From a virus, in the IMG/VR virus record IMGVR_UViG_3300036781_000179, positions 1 through 64,000 of that record: a stretch of 64,000 nucleotides of DNA; one strand, written 5' to 3'. The notes beneath the pieces were generated by a model. It was not told the DNA's origin, made no database searches, and saw only the letters and a list, made by a program, of their open reading frames with translations. Below are positions 37,876 to 48,200 of the stretch, piece by piece. The translations under genes were made by a program, and so were the position numbers. Numbering within the stretch: the first letter of the stretch is position 1; every line of letters begins with the position of its first letter.

Positions 37876-40800
37876 ATGGCACTTTTTAAGGATTTAAAAA
37901 TGTTTCAACAGGGCGGTATCGATTTCGACAGCGCAATTGAATATATTAGTAAAAACGATTATTTAGAAGCCTATAACATACGTGTCACAGGGACACAAGA
38001 GGGTGAACAAGGGTATGTAACCAACATAGACAGCAACGAATTTGTTCCCGGAGAACGAGCAGAAGGGATTAATAAGGGCATAGGAGGGCGTTCATTTGAA
38101 GATACAAGACAAATTGTATTCTTTGTTTACAATAGCGGAGGGTTTCACCAAATAGTTACCTATAGTTCCGATACCCAAACCCAACAAGTTATATACACTG
38201 ATAAAACAGATAGTGATGGAATACCATTATTAACCCTTAACCCCCAATACTATGTACAATGTGTACTGATTAATGGCACATATTTGGTTTGGGCAGATGG
38301 CATTAGTGAAGTAGGATATACCAATTTACAAACATTAACAAGTGGTGGCTATGGAACAGTATTGGCAGAGGATTTATCTTTAATAAAACCACAGTGTTTA
38401 ATCCCGATCAAGGGAGTTTATGCAAGTGATGCAGGTAAAGCCTCAAACTTTCTTAAACAAAAACTGTATCAATTTACTGTACAGTATGTAAATGCTGATT
38501 TTAATTATTCCACATGGGCTACATGGTCTAAAAGGATTATTCCGGCACAGGAGAGCACCCCAACAGAAGGAGCAAGTGTAAGTGAGAATAATTGTATTAT
38601 AGTGTCCGTAAATATAGGTTCAATAAGGGCAACACAATTAAATATAGCCTGTAAATACAGTGATTTTGATTTTAACATTATCAAAACAGTAGACAGGAGT
38701 TATATTGTAGCGTTGCCAAATACAATAATAGATATAGCGAACCAAGTATTTGAATCCTACAATGCTACTACCAACGAGTATTCATTTGTTTTTTATAACC
38801 AAAGCTTAAATATACCAGTACCACCAACTGAAACGGATCAAATGGTAGATTATATATGGCCATCTACAGCAGTTGAAAAGATAAATGGGAACATCATAGC
38901 GTTGGCAGATTTAAAAACAGGTTATGAACGTCCTGTAACATCTGTAAATGTAAGTTCAAGCGGTTATGACCCTAATTTAACAGTGCCTACAGATACAGAA
39001 CCCAATCCATTAAAAGTATCAGTAGTATATGCAGGAGGGGAAGGAAGCGGTTCTAATAAGTTTAACCGTAGGATGCAAATTAATTACTCAGGCGTGCCAC
39101 ATGCAGGTGATATTTTAAATGTCACTACCAATAGTGCATCTGATGCCAATGATACTTCATCCTATAGCTATACTGTTCCTTTTGCTCAGGATGGTAATTT
39201 AATTGCTGTTACATCTTCAATGTCTGCAATTTTAGCAGGTTCATTTGCGGCATCTGGTGGTGGATATACTATCACATTCTATGAAGACCCACGACCACAT
39301 AGAAGGGTTCAGATAGCCTCTATAACCTTGTCCAATACAGGAGCAAGTATCAGTAAGTCAATTCATGCAATTTTGGATAACTCATCCTATCAGTTAGCAT
39401 TGAGTTATAGAGATACTTATGGGCGTTTGTTCCCATTAGATACAGATAATACATATATTATATCCACACAGTCATTTGCTCAACTAAATGGATTAACACC
39501 AAAAATATCATGGTTGATCAATACAGCACTTGCGCCTGTAGGAGCAGTTGATTATCAATGGTTAATAACTAAAAACACTACGACAACGAATTTATTGGAT
39601 GTTTTTGGGAATATATTAATATACGTAGGAGGATGGGATGCACATAGTAATTCTCCGGGGCTAACAGCTACCATAGGGAATGTCGGAGAAACTTATCAAA
39701 TTACAGTACCAAGCATTCCATCAGACAACAGGAACTTAGGTAATGGTGTTCAACAATTCAATACAGGAGATTACGTGGTATGTAATGGAAAAGGATGGGA
39801 TATTGTGCCAAAATCATTTGGAGATTTAACACCAAATGGGAATGTAATGGCAATTAAGATAAACCCCCTTAATTTATTTAACCAACGTTATACCAACAGC
39901 AGTACTAATTCCATATTAACCTATGATTTTTCAGATGGTGACAGGTGTACATTCCATTATTACATTGACCCTGCAACCCCTTCAAATAAGGTATATTTTA
40001 ATAACCCATGCGTAGATGTTCAGGTGTATGGATATGACCCAACGAGTTTTTTATTAAAAATAGAAAAATCAGCAGCCATACCTCCGGGTTTTTTAGACGT
40101 AAAAAACGTTTTTATAAGGTTATATAGTCCTAATACACAAAAATCAGATAGTGAAGTAACAACAGATAATACAACAGTATGGTATGAAATTGGAGAACGG
40201 TTTACTATAACCAACGGAAACCATGACACGCTTTCAGGAGATATAACCGATGGGGATGTTTATTTTAAAACAAGATCATATAATGGCGCTGTAGACCCTA
40301 ACGTCATTTATGATATACTGGCTACAGATTTTAATTTCAGTGACTTCTATGCCTCTAATTTTACGTCTTATGGCAGACCACGCACCTATTATGACGTGTT
40401 GGAGAAAACAGAACAAAAGGCCACAATAATTACATCACAAAATTACGTATTAGGAAGTAAAAAGAACGGTTTAAACAGGTTCTTCCCTGAAAGCCAATAT
40501 GGAGAAAGTGATGGTCAAACATCATCAAGTTATGGCTCTATTCAGGTATTGTGGCAGAGGGGAGATATACTGATACCATTTCAGGAATTAAGGGTTGGTT
40601 ATATCCCGGTGAATATCTCCATATTGGAAGATGCTATACAACAAAAACAGTATGCCATTTCAGAAAAGCTACTGAATAATATCAGGTATAACCAAACAGG
40701 TAATATTGGTATAGGATTGGCAAAAGAAAGCTTTTGTTTTAAAGATAATAACGCATACTTCGTTGACCCTAACCGGAGTGAACCAATGAGATTGGGATTG

Positions 40801-41808
40801 GATGGAATAGAACCCATATCAGGTAAAATGAGTAAGTACTTTAGAAGTACTATTCAATTAGCCTATTCTCAAGGTAAGAAATTGGTAATGTACTATAACA
40901 TGTTCTATGATGAAGTTATGTTATGCATACAAGCACAGGGAGGGGTATTAACATTATTCCCTTTTAACGAAACCAATTGGCAACCATTTGATAACTATAA
41001 CATCACGTATTCTGATATAACCAATATTGCAGATGGAACACACTGTACTGCAACTGATAATGGTGATGGGACAGTTACTTATACTCCAACCACTAATTAT
41101 ATAGGTAACGATACAGCCACTTTTACATTTGATGTAGACGGGAATCCCATAACAAAGAACAATTGTTTACAATGGGTAGCAGCCGATGTAACTGTAAATC
41201 CTTTTTCATTCACTCCATTGATTGCGCAACCATTAAATACTTTGATAGAAAGCAATTCTATATTAGTAAGCGGGATTAATGTTCCTGTAGGTATTAGTAT
41301 TGTAGGAGGTGAATACAGTATCAATGGAGGTGCATATACAAGTACACCCGGAACTGTAGTGAATAATGACTCTGTGCAGATAAGGCAATTAAGTTCTAAT
41401 TTGTCTAACACTACAACAAGTGCTACACTGACCATTAGTGGCACAAGTGCGCAATTTGATGTAACGACCAAAGTTCCCGTACTGATTAATTACAGGGTTA
41501 CGTCACAAGTAACACCTTTTGCAGATGCGAATTTGAATATTAGGCAAAACGGAGTAACAGTGGCGACTATAAACGGGTCAGCAACAGGTTCGGTAAATGT
41601 ATTTGGAACAGACAGTATAGTGGTAGAAGCATATACTTTATTGCCATCAGCAGGTGTTTCGCCAAGTCTGATTATGACCAATAAAAAAGATGGAGTTAAC
41701 TTTTATAATAATGCCATAGCCAATGTAGTCAGTGCGAGTATGTCTAACAATTTTATAGCCATGAATCCATCAGTGTATTTGATTACAGTAGATGGAACAG
41801 CATCATAA
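37876..41808 (+). CDS. Tail stabilization/muzzle protein (N-terminal part) with C-terminal Ig-like domains
   Basis: N-terminal YLEAYNIRV; YGSIQVL, ESFCF...YFVD..R....RLG.DGIEPIS..MSKYFR; C-terminal VTYTPTTNYIGNDTATF (Ig/cadherin-like). Confidence 0.75.
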   Translation: MALFKDLKMFQQGGIDFDSAIEYISKNDYLEAYNIRVTGTQEGEQGYVTNIDSNEFVPGERAEGINKGIGGRSFEDTRQIVFFVYNSGGFHQIVTYSSDTQTQQVIYTDKTDSDGIPLLTLNPQYYVQCVLINGTYLVWADGISEVGYTNLQTLTSGGYGTVLAEDLSLIKPQCLIPIKGVYASDAGKASNFLKQKLYQFTVQYVNADFNYSTWATWSKRIIPAQESTPTEGASVSENNCIIVSVNIGSIRATQLNIACKYSDFDFNIIKTVDRSYIVALPNTIIDIANQVFESYNATTNEYSFVFYNQSLNIPVPPTETDQMVDYIWPSTAVEKINGNIIALADLKTGYERPVTSVNVSSSGYDPNLTVPTDTEPNPLKVSVVYAGGEGSGSNKFNRRMQINYSGVPHAGDILNVTTNSASDANDTSSYSYTVPFAQDGNLIAVTSSMSAILAGSFAASGGGYTITFYEDPRPHRRVQIASITLSNTGASISKSIHAILDNSSYQLALSYRDTYGRLFPLDTDNTYIISTQSFAQLNGLTPKISWLINTALAPVGAVDYQWLITKNTTTTNLLDVFGNILIYVGGWDAHSNSPGLTATIGNVGETYQITVPSIPSDNRNLGNGVQQFNTGDYVVCNGKGWDIVPKSFGDLTPNGNVMAIKINPLNLFNQRYTNSSTNSILTYDFSDGDRCTFHYYIDPATPSNKVYFNNPCVDVQVYGYDPTSFLLKIEKSAAIPPGFLDVKNVFIRLYSPNTQKSDSEVTTDNTTVWYEIGERFTITNGNHDTLSGDITDGDVYFKTRSYNGAVDPNVIYDILATDFNFSDFYASNFTSYGRPRTYYDVLEKTEQKATIITSQNYVLGSKKNGLNRFFPESQYGESDGQTSSSYGSIQVLWQRGDILIPFQELRVGYIPVNISILEDAIQQKQYAISEKLLNNIRYNQTGNIGIGLAKESFCFKDNNAYFVDPNRSEPMRLGLDGIEPISGKMSKYFRSTIQLAYSQGKKLVMYYNMFYDEVMLCIQAQGGVLTLFPFNETNWQPFDNYNITYSDITNIADGTHCTATDNGDGTVTYTPTTNYIGNDTATFTFDVDGNPITKNNCLQWVAADVTVNPFSFTPLIAQPLNTLIESNSILVSGINVPVGISIVGGEYSINGGAYTSTPGTVVNNDSVQIRQLSSNLSNTTTSATLTISGTSAQFDVTTKVPVLINYRVTSQVTPFADANLNIRQNGVTVATINGSATGSVNVFGTDSIVVEAYTLLPSAGVSPSLIMTNKKDGVNFYNNAIANVVSASMSNNFIAMNPSVYLITVDGTAS

Positions 41809-41829
41809 ATAATTTATATATTTGATAAA

Positions 41830-42759
41830 ATGTTTTCAGCAGTCCAAAATGTTCCGATTATAGTTAACCTGATTGAACAATCAAGGAATAATGGATGGTC
41901 TGTAAACTCCGATGATAACACAGCGAGTCATGAAAATTGCAATAGCGGCTACATCCCACTACTCACATACCCATTAATAACAGGGCGTGCATATCAAATA
42001 AGTTATTCAGTATTAACCATTACAAATGGCACAGTACAGCCGTTTATGGGGACACAGGCAGGTGTTTCAAGGACAACCCCCGGATTATATGTAGAAACGA
42101 TAACCGCAGCAGGGAGTAATCCTGAATTTAAATTCTATAGTAACGGTAATTGTCAAATACAAGCATTTAATATCAGGGATACAGTAGTAAATACAGACCT
42201 TAAACAACAAAACACCATTTGTTTTTCAGTTAGGGCGCAAAAATGGAGTGACTTTAGAACGATAGAACCTGATTACGGATTTTCTCTATTTACAAAGAGT
42301 TTCACACTGTTTAACGGTGATTTATATGGACAAGTAAACCAAAACTCCAACAGGAATAATTTTTATGGTGTACAATATCAATCCATCATTAAATTTACAA
42401 CCAATCAACAACCAACAATAACCAAAAGGTATAACTCTTTAAATTATCAGGCAAATCAATTATTAGTTGCTCCATCAGGCAGTATTACTACTGAAAACGG
42501 ACAGGTGTCAGAATTACTTGCCAATGACTTTTTACAACAACGTTTAGACGATGGAGTAAATCCGATAGTTCTTGATTATCAGATAGAGGGATTGTATCAA
42601 GGTAATTTCCTCCGGGATTCCAATTATGACCTGATAAACGGGCCTATATTAATAGGTAATTATATGACAGTTGAATTGTACACTACATCACCAAGTGTAC
42701 CACTAAAAATATTTACAACAGAAATAATATATATTCACTCGGCTCAAGGGATACGATGA
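41830..42759 (+). CDS. Tail stabilization protein C-terminal part
   Basis: TICFS...KWSDF...PDY...FNGDLY...NNFYGVQYQSIIKF...K.YNSLNY; own TATATTTG promoter box upstream. Confidence 0.65.
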   Translation: MFSAVQNVPIIVNLIEQSRNNGWSVNSDDNTASHENCNSGYIPLLTYPLITGRAYQISYSVLTITNGTVQPFMGTQAGVSRTTPGLYVETITAAGSNPEFKFYSNGNCQIQAFNIRDTVVNTDLKQQNTICFSVRAQKWSDFRTIEPDYGFSLFTKSFTLFNGDLYGQVNQNSNRNNFYGVQYQSIIKFTTNQQPTITKRYNSLNYQANQLLVAPSGSITTENGQVSELLANDFLQQRLDDGVNPIVLDYQIEGLYQGNFLRDSNYDLINGPILIGNYMTVELYTTSPSVPLKIFTTEIIYIHSAQGIR

Positions 42760-43208
42760 TATTTGAAGAAATATCTATAAATGAACTAAAACCATATATT
42801 GCGTTTGCTTTTATGGAGGATGAAGATTTGTTTAAGAAGTGGCACATAGTGCAAGGAGAGCCTTTAGAGTGTATAGAAGATACTTATAACCGAATTATAG
42901 ACACTATAGGACACTTTTATATTGAGTGCTATAGAATAGTAGCAAATGAAGTTATTATTGGTTATACGGTCTTATGTAAGGAATACGGACTACTGTATAG
43001 CTTCGGAATAAACAAGCAATTTAGAGATAAGGAAACGCTCAAAAATTGGTTTGCAGAAATAAGAAATATTTTAGGTATTTTTGATTGTATCTTGTGGAAG
43101 AAAAATGAAAGGGCAATCAATCATTTAATAAAGCAGGGAATGACCATAAAGAATACCACTGATGATTACATTATATTAAATTATAGCACATGCCAGCAGG
43201 AGGATTAG
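42756..43208 (+). CDS. GNAT-like acetyltransferase-fold virion assembly protein
   Basis: IGYTV...SFGINKQFR...KNERAINHLIKQGM; same position as T7 gp13. Confidence 0.6.
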   Translation: MIFEEISINELKPYIAFAFMEDEDLFKKWHIVQGEPLECIEDTYNRIIDTIGHFYIECYRIVANEVIIGYTVLCKEYGLLYSFGINKQFRDKETLKNWFAEIRNILGIFDCILWKKNERAINHLIKQGMTIKNTTDDYIILNYSTCQQED

Positions 43209-43870
43209 GAACAGCAGCACTTATAGGGGGTGGATTAGCCGGGGTCAGCGCAATCGGAAAAGGGATCGCAGGATTATTTCAGGGTAAAAAAGCTGATAAC
43301 ATAGATAAAACAAATCCATACCCTACTATGGTAGTGCAGCCGGGGTATTATCAAAACTTAGCCCAAGCAGAGCAACAGGCTAAGGTAGGTATCCCGCAAC
43401 AACAGTATCAAGGCCAATTGAATGCCATTAGCAGGAATCAGGCATCAGGTATTCAAGCGTTATCACGTACACAAAATCCATCAGGGAGTGTGGCCTCTAT
43501 TGTCAGAGCAGGCAATGATGCTTCCAATAATTTAAATTCACAGGATGCAATTGAGCGCAACAGGAACTTATTAAACCTTATGCAACAGAGGCAGACATTA
43601 GCACAACAACAACAAGGAGCATGGGATTGGAACTCCCGTCAAAAGTATTTAGGCTTATTAGCCAAATCACAGGCATTACGTGGTGCAAGTATGCAAAATC
43701 TTAATGGAGCATTTAATGATTTGTCAAGTGCAGGAAGTGCATTAATATCAAGCGGAATAGGAGGGAGTCAGAGAACTCCAAATGTAAACGGAGCAGGAGC
43801 AGGTGTTCCGATTGGTTCAGGTTATGTTGGTGATATTAACCCAACAGGTATGTTTAATAACATGGCATAA
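43190..43870 (+). CDS. Internal virion/DNA ejection protein
   Basis: Gly/Ala hydrophobic N-terminus, Q/N-rich helical body. Confidence 0.7.
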   Translation: MPAGGLGTAALIGGGLAGVSAIGKGIAGLFQGKKADNIDKTNPYPTMVVQPGYYQNLAQAEQQAKVGIPQQQYQGQLNAISRNQASGIQALSRTQNPSGSVASIVRAGNDASNNLNSQDAIERNRNLLNLMQQRQTLAQQQQGAWDWNSRQKYLGLLAKSQALRGASMQNLNGAFNDLSSAGSALISSGIGGSQRTPNVNGAGAGVPIGSGYVGDINPTGMFNNMA

Positions 43871-43872
43871 GC

Positions 43873-45234
43873 ATGGAAGTTAATTGGCAAAATTATTATG
43901 GTAAAAACTTAGGAGATGCCCAAGTATTTCAAGGTAATCCTGCTTTAGATGATTTGCGCAGGAATTTAGCCCTTAGACAGCAACAAAAAGCACAAGAGGA
44001 AGCACAATTCAATGCCGGATTAGCTAAATTAAACTTTAAGGGGGCTAAGAATGCAGACTTTGGTGAATTATCCAAACAATATCAGGATATACTAAATACA
44101 CACGCTCAATTAAGGAATACCAATGACTTAGCCCAAAGGCAACAATTACAACAGCAATTACAACAAAAACAACAAGGGTTATTGTATGACATTAATCAAA
44201 GTTCCGAACATAATCAACAGGAACAAAAGTTGGCTGATGTGAGGTTGAACCCTAATGCAGATGTAGTAGATGACTTTATTCCTAAAGTAACACAACTTCA
44301 AAAAACACCATCTATAGGCAGTGGATACAACGATTATCAAAACGCTTACCAAAATACGACTTCCAATATATTCGCACCTAAATGGGATGCTTACAAAGAA
44401 AGTGCTGATTTGGCAAAAGGATTAGTAAATACAGGTAAGCCACAAGTTATTGATACGGTAGACCCAAGAACGGGGTTTGTAAACAAACAAACAATAACAC
44501 CGCAGACTTTTGATAAGGATGCTTTTATTATCAATTATGTAGCAAGAGCATCTAAAAGTCCACAGGCAGCACGAGCAGCTATAGCAGCAACAGGAGAAAA
44601 AGACCCTGCTGATGCTTTGTACGCACAAGCTAATCAATTGGCTGATTTCTATTCTAAAGGATTAGACACAAAGTATGCCGATAAAAGCGGAGGACAAACT
44701 ATTGCATCTAAAATAGCATTACACAACGCAAATAGGCAATACGATATAGCCCATCCCACAAGGGAGGCAAAAGATAAAACAATAGACCCTACTTATTTTC
44801 AGGATTTATCTGAAAGAATGAGGCAGGGAGTAAAAGGGTCAGGAGAGGAATTTAATAATCAATTGGCAAACAATCCTGCTTATTTACACGGGTTAACCAT
44901 AAACAAGGATAATCCTAAAGCGGTTCAATTGACTATCCCTGCCAAATACCACGAGATAAAAAATCCAAACGCAGATCAGGAGGGACAACCACAATACATA
45001 CGAGCTGTGCAAACGCCATCTTATAAGGTAACATTGGATAGTACCGATCCGACACAATGGCATGCAGGATTTGCAAGGATATACAGGGACATCACAGGAG
45101 ATGCTACGGCAGCACCATCAAAAGCCTTAACCCAATCAGGGAAAGGGAAAGTTCCGGGAGGGTTAACAAATCCTAACCAAAGACCAACTCAAAAATTATC
45201 AAAAAAAGATGACCCGTTAGGGCTTGGAATTTAA
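43873..45234 (+). CDS. Internal virion/ejection protein
   Basis: Q-rich helical protein ending DDPLGLGI. Confidence 0.65.
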   Translation: MEVNWQNYYGKNLGDAQVFQGNPALDDLRRNLALRQQQKAQEEAQFNAGLAKLNFKGAKNADFGELSKQYQDILNTHAQLRNTNDLAQRQQLQQQLQQKQQGLLYDINQSSEHNQQEQKLADVRLNPNADVVDDFIPKVTQLQKTPSIGSGYNDYQNAYQNTTSNIFAPKWDAYKESADLAKGLVNTGKPQVIDTVDPRTGFVNKQTITPQTFDKDAFIINYVARASKSPQAARAAIAATGEKDPADALYAQANQLADFYSKGLDTKYADKSGGQTIASKIALHNANRQYDIAHPTREAKDKTIDPTYFQDLSERMRQGVKGSGEEFNNQLANNPAYLHGLTINKDNPKAVQLTIPAKYHEIKNPNADQEGQPQYIRAVQTPSYKVTLDSTDPTQWHAGFARIYRDITGDATAAPSKALTQSGKGKVPGGLTNPNQRPTQKLSKKDDPLGLGI

Positions 45235-45272
45235 TAACTAAATAACGTTATCTTTGAATAAAACAAAATATA

Positions 45273-48200
45273 ATGGCAGAAGAAGTTATAGACCAAGATA
45301 CACCGTTATTATCACCACAAGCATTTGCGGCTAAGATAAAGGCCAAGTATCCACAATATAAAGACGTTGATGATGAAACCTTAACTGCCAAAATAATCAG
45401 CAAGTATCCCACTTATGCCTCCCAAATAAACACAGGGGGCTTAAAAAAAAATGCTTCACCACAAGGTGTAGACAATACATCACAGCCATTAAATACTGGT
45501 GGTCAATCAGACCCGTTTTCCCTGACAAGTGGCAATAATACACCTGTTTCGTATGCGCCAATAACTGATCCTGAATTACGTCAACAGCAACGTAACCACG
45601 ATATAGAACTGCGTAATCAACAAGAACAGCGCAGGCAAGAAATATCAAATAGCCTTAAGAAGATACGAAGTGAACTCCCTAAAGATGCACAAGCTAATTG
45701 GGATGAAGCCGTTAACTTATCAGCCACAAGACCTGTAGACAATTTAAGAGAACCAACGCAGGAGGAATTGGCACATGATAAGTTCATGCAAACACCATTA
45801 GGTAAAACATTAGGAACAGTAGCGTACTTAGGGTCTAAAGCCACCAAAGGGACACTACAGGTTGCTAAAGGGACAGCGTGGCTAATGAATAAAGCCGGAT
45901 TATCAGGTGCGCCTACACAAGCCTTAGGGGATGTAATGAGTGATTTAGCTTTTGACAAGGCAGATGAAGCATCTAACTATGGGCTAACTAAAAATGATCA
46001 ATCAAGATTTGACGAAAATAAAATAACATCCAACTTAGGCGGTGTTGCTGAATTTCTACCTGCTATGGCGGCAGGAGGCCCGACATTCTATTTACAAGGA
46101 ATGGGGATGGGCAAAGAAACAGCAGACCAAGCAGAAAAGAACGGTGCTAAAATTAACCCACATGTAAAAGATGCCTTTATCTTAGGAACAGGTATAGCCA
46201 ATGGATTTCTGATGAAAGCGTTAGGTGAAGGAGTATTTAGTAAACTACCCGCAGGATTACGTGGAGATATAGCATCTAAAATAAGCATGGATGCCATCAA
46301 GGAAGCAGGTAACAAGGAACTCACAGGAGAACAGTTTCAGAACCTTATAAACAACGGTGTTAAAGATTGGGGACAGAAGGTACAGCAAACAGGGTTAAAT
46401 GCTCTAAAGGGCTATAATAAAGCCGTAGTGGATTTGTCAGCACTGTCAGGAGCTAACTTTGCCTTAAAGAAAGGTGTGGATGTAGCCAATGATAAACCTG
46501 TGTTCAATGAATCATTGGGGGACTTAGCTGAAAACGTAAGTAATGTAGCAACAGAGCAAGCACCATTTTTCGCAGGATTAGGCCAGATAGGTAACTTAGG
46601 TAAACTTACTAAGTACTCTGATTATAAAAATAGTGCAACAGAATCGTTAATGAACGACCCATCTCCTGAAAATGTGGATAGAGTTAAACAGGCATTACAC
46701 GATCATGGATTTGATCAAAATAAGCAAGACCAGTGGACACCGGAAGAAATGGATGCTACATTTAAACAGGTAGATAACATTGCTGATGTGGCTAAAAAGT
46801 TACCACGTGGTATTCCTGAAAAGAAAATAGGAGATGCCGTTGATTTGGTGCAAGGTAGGGATGAGTTAAAGAAACAATTGGCAGACGAACAAGGCAACAG
46901 GCAACAATTGGATGAATCAGTTAATGAGATGCCAACGCAGCACGAGCAGTTATTAATTGATAAAATTGACCAAGCCAATGATAAATTGAGAGATATTGTT
47001 AGTGGCAAAAAGACAACATACTCCATTGAGAAAGGTGAAGACGGTAAAGAGGATAAATACTTCAAAAAAGTAGATGGTAAAGTTGAGCCAATTGAGAAAT
47101 CAAGGTATGAATTAGAAAATTTAGAACGAGAATCCAAAATACAACCAAATGAACAACCAATCGAAAGCGCACCTACTGAGAACAATATTCCTGAAACACC
47201 ACAGACAAATGAAGCCGGAGTGCCGGAAGCAATTGGTGAGAAACCTGTTGAAACAACTGAAAATAACATAAAACCGATAGAAAATGAAAACAATGAAAAA
47301 AGTAACGGTCAAGGTCAAGAAAGCCTCACCGAAATCAGCCCCGAAAGTAGCCGTGAAGAAAACAATGGCGTACAAGAAGGGAATGTAAGTAATTCAGGTG
47401 TGGAACAATCTGCACCTGATATTACTAATATTAAAGAAAATGAGATTAGACCCGCAGATGTGGCTGAACAAACTACAGGAACAACTGAACCAACTAAAGG
47501 AGCAGGAACTGAAGTTGAGAAAGCAAAAGATGAATCTGTTAATACAGATAAAACGGTTTCAAAAAAGCCAAGAACAGCAGAAGCCATAAAGAACGAAAAT
47601 ACCAAAGCCAAAGCAGAGGAAGCCGGGATAGAATTAGAAGACCACGTTGGCGAAACACGTTCTAAGGAAGTAATTGACAAAGAAGCTACCAAAGAAATTA
47701 AAAATGGTTATGATAGTCATGAATTGGTGCGTAAGATATTAGAAGATAAACATCAGGCATCAGATACCGAAGTGGCAATATTAGCTAAACATACTGCCAC
47801 GGTTAAAAGGAATTATCAGGATTTAACTAAAAAGTTAGAAACTGATGGCGCAACCATGAGTAAACGTGAGTTTGATGATTTAACAGCCGAACATGAACAA
47901 GCGACCAAAGACTATCAGGATGCTTTGAATGCAGATGTAAAAACAGGAACAGGGACAGCAAGGGCATTATCAGCAAGGCGTTTCGCTGTAAAAAACAATT
48001 TCTCATTAGGGCAGATGATTAAAAACAAACGTGCCGCTAATAATGGTGAGAAACTATCAACAGAACAAGTAAAAGAAGTTACACAACGTTTCAACGAGAT
48101 ACAGGAAGCCAACGAAAAACTACAGGCACGTATTGACAAACTGGAATCTGAAAATACCCGTATAAAGGCTGAAAAGGCTATTAAACGGATTAAAGATGGA

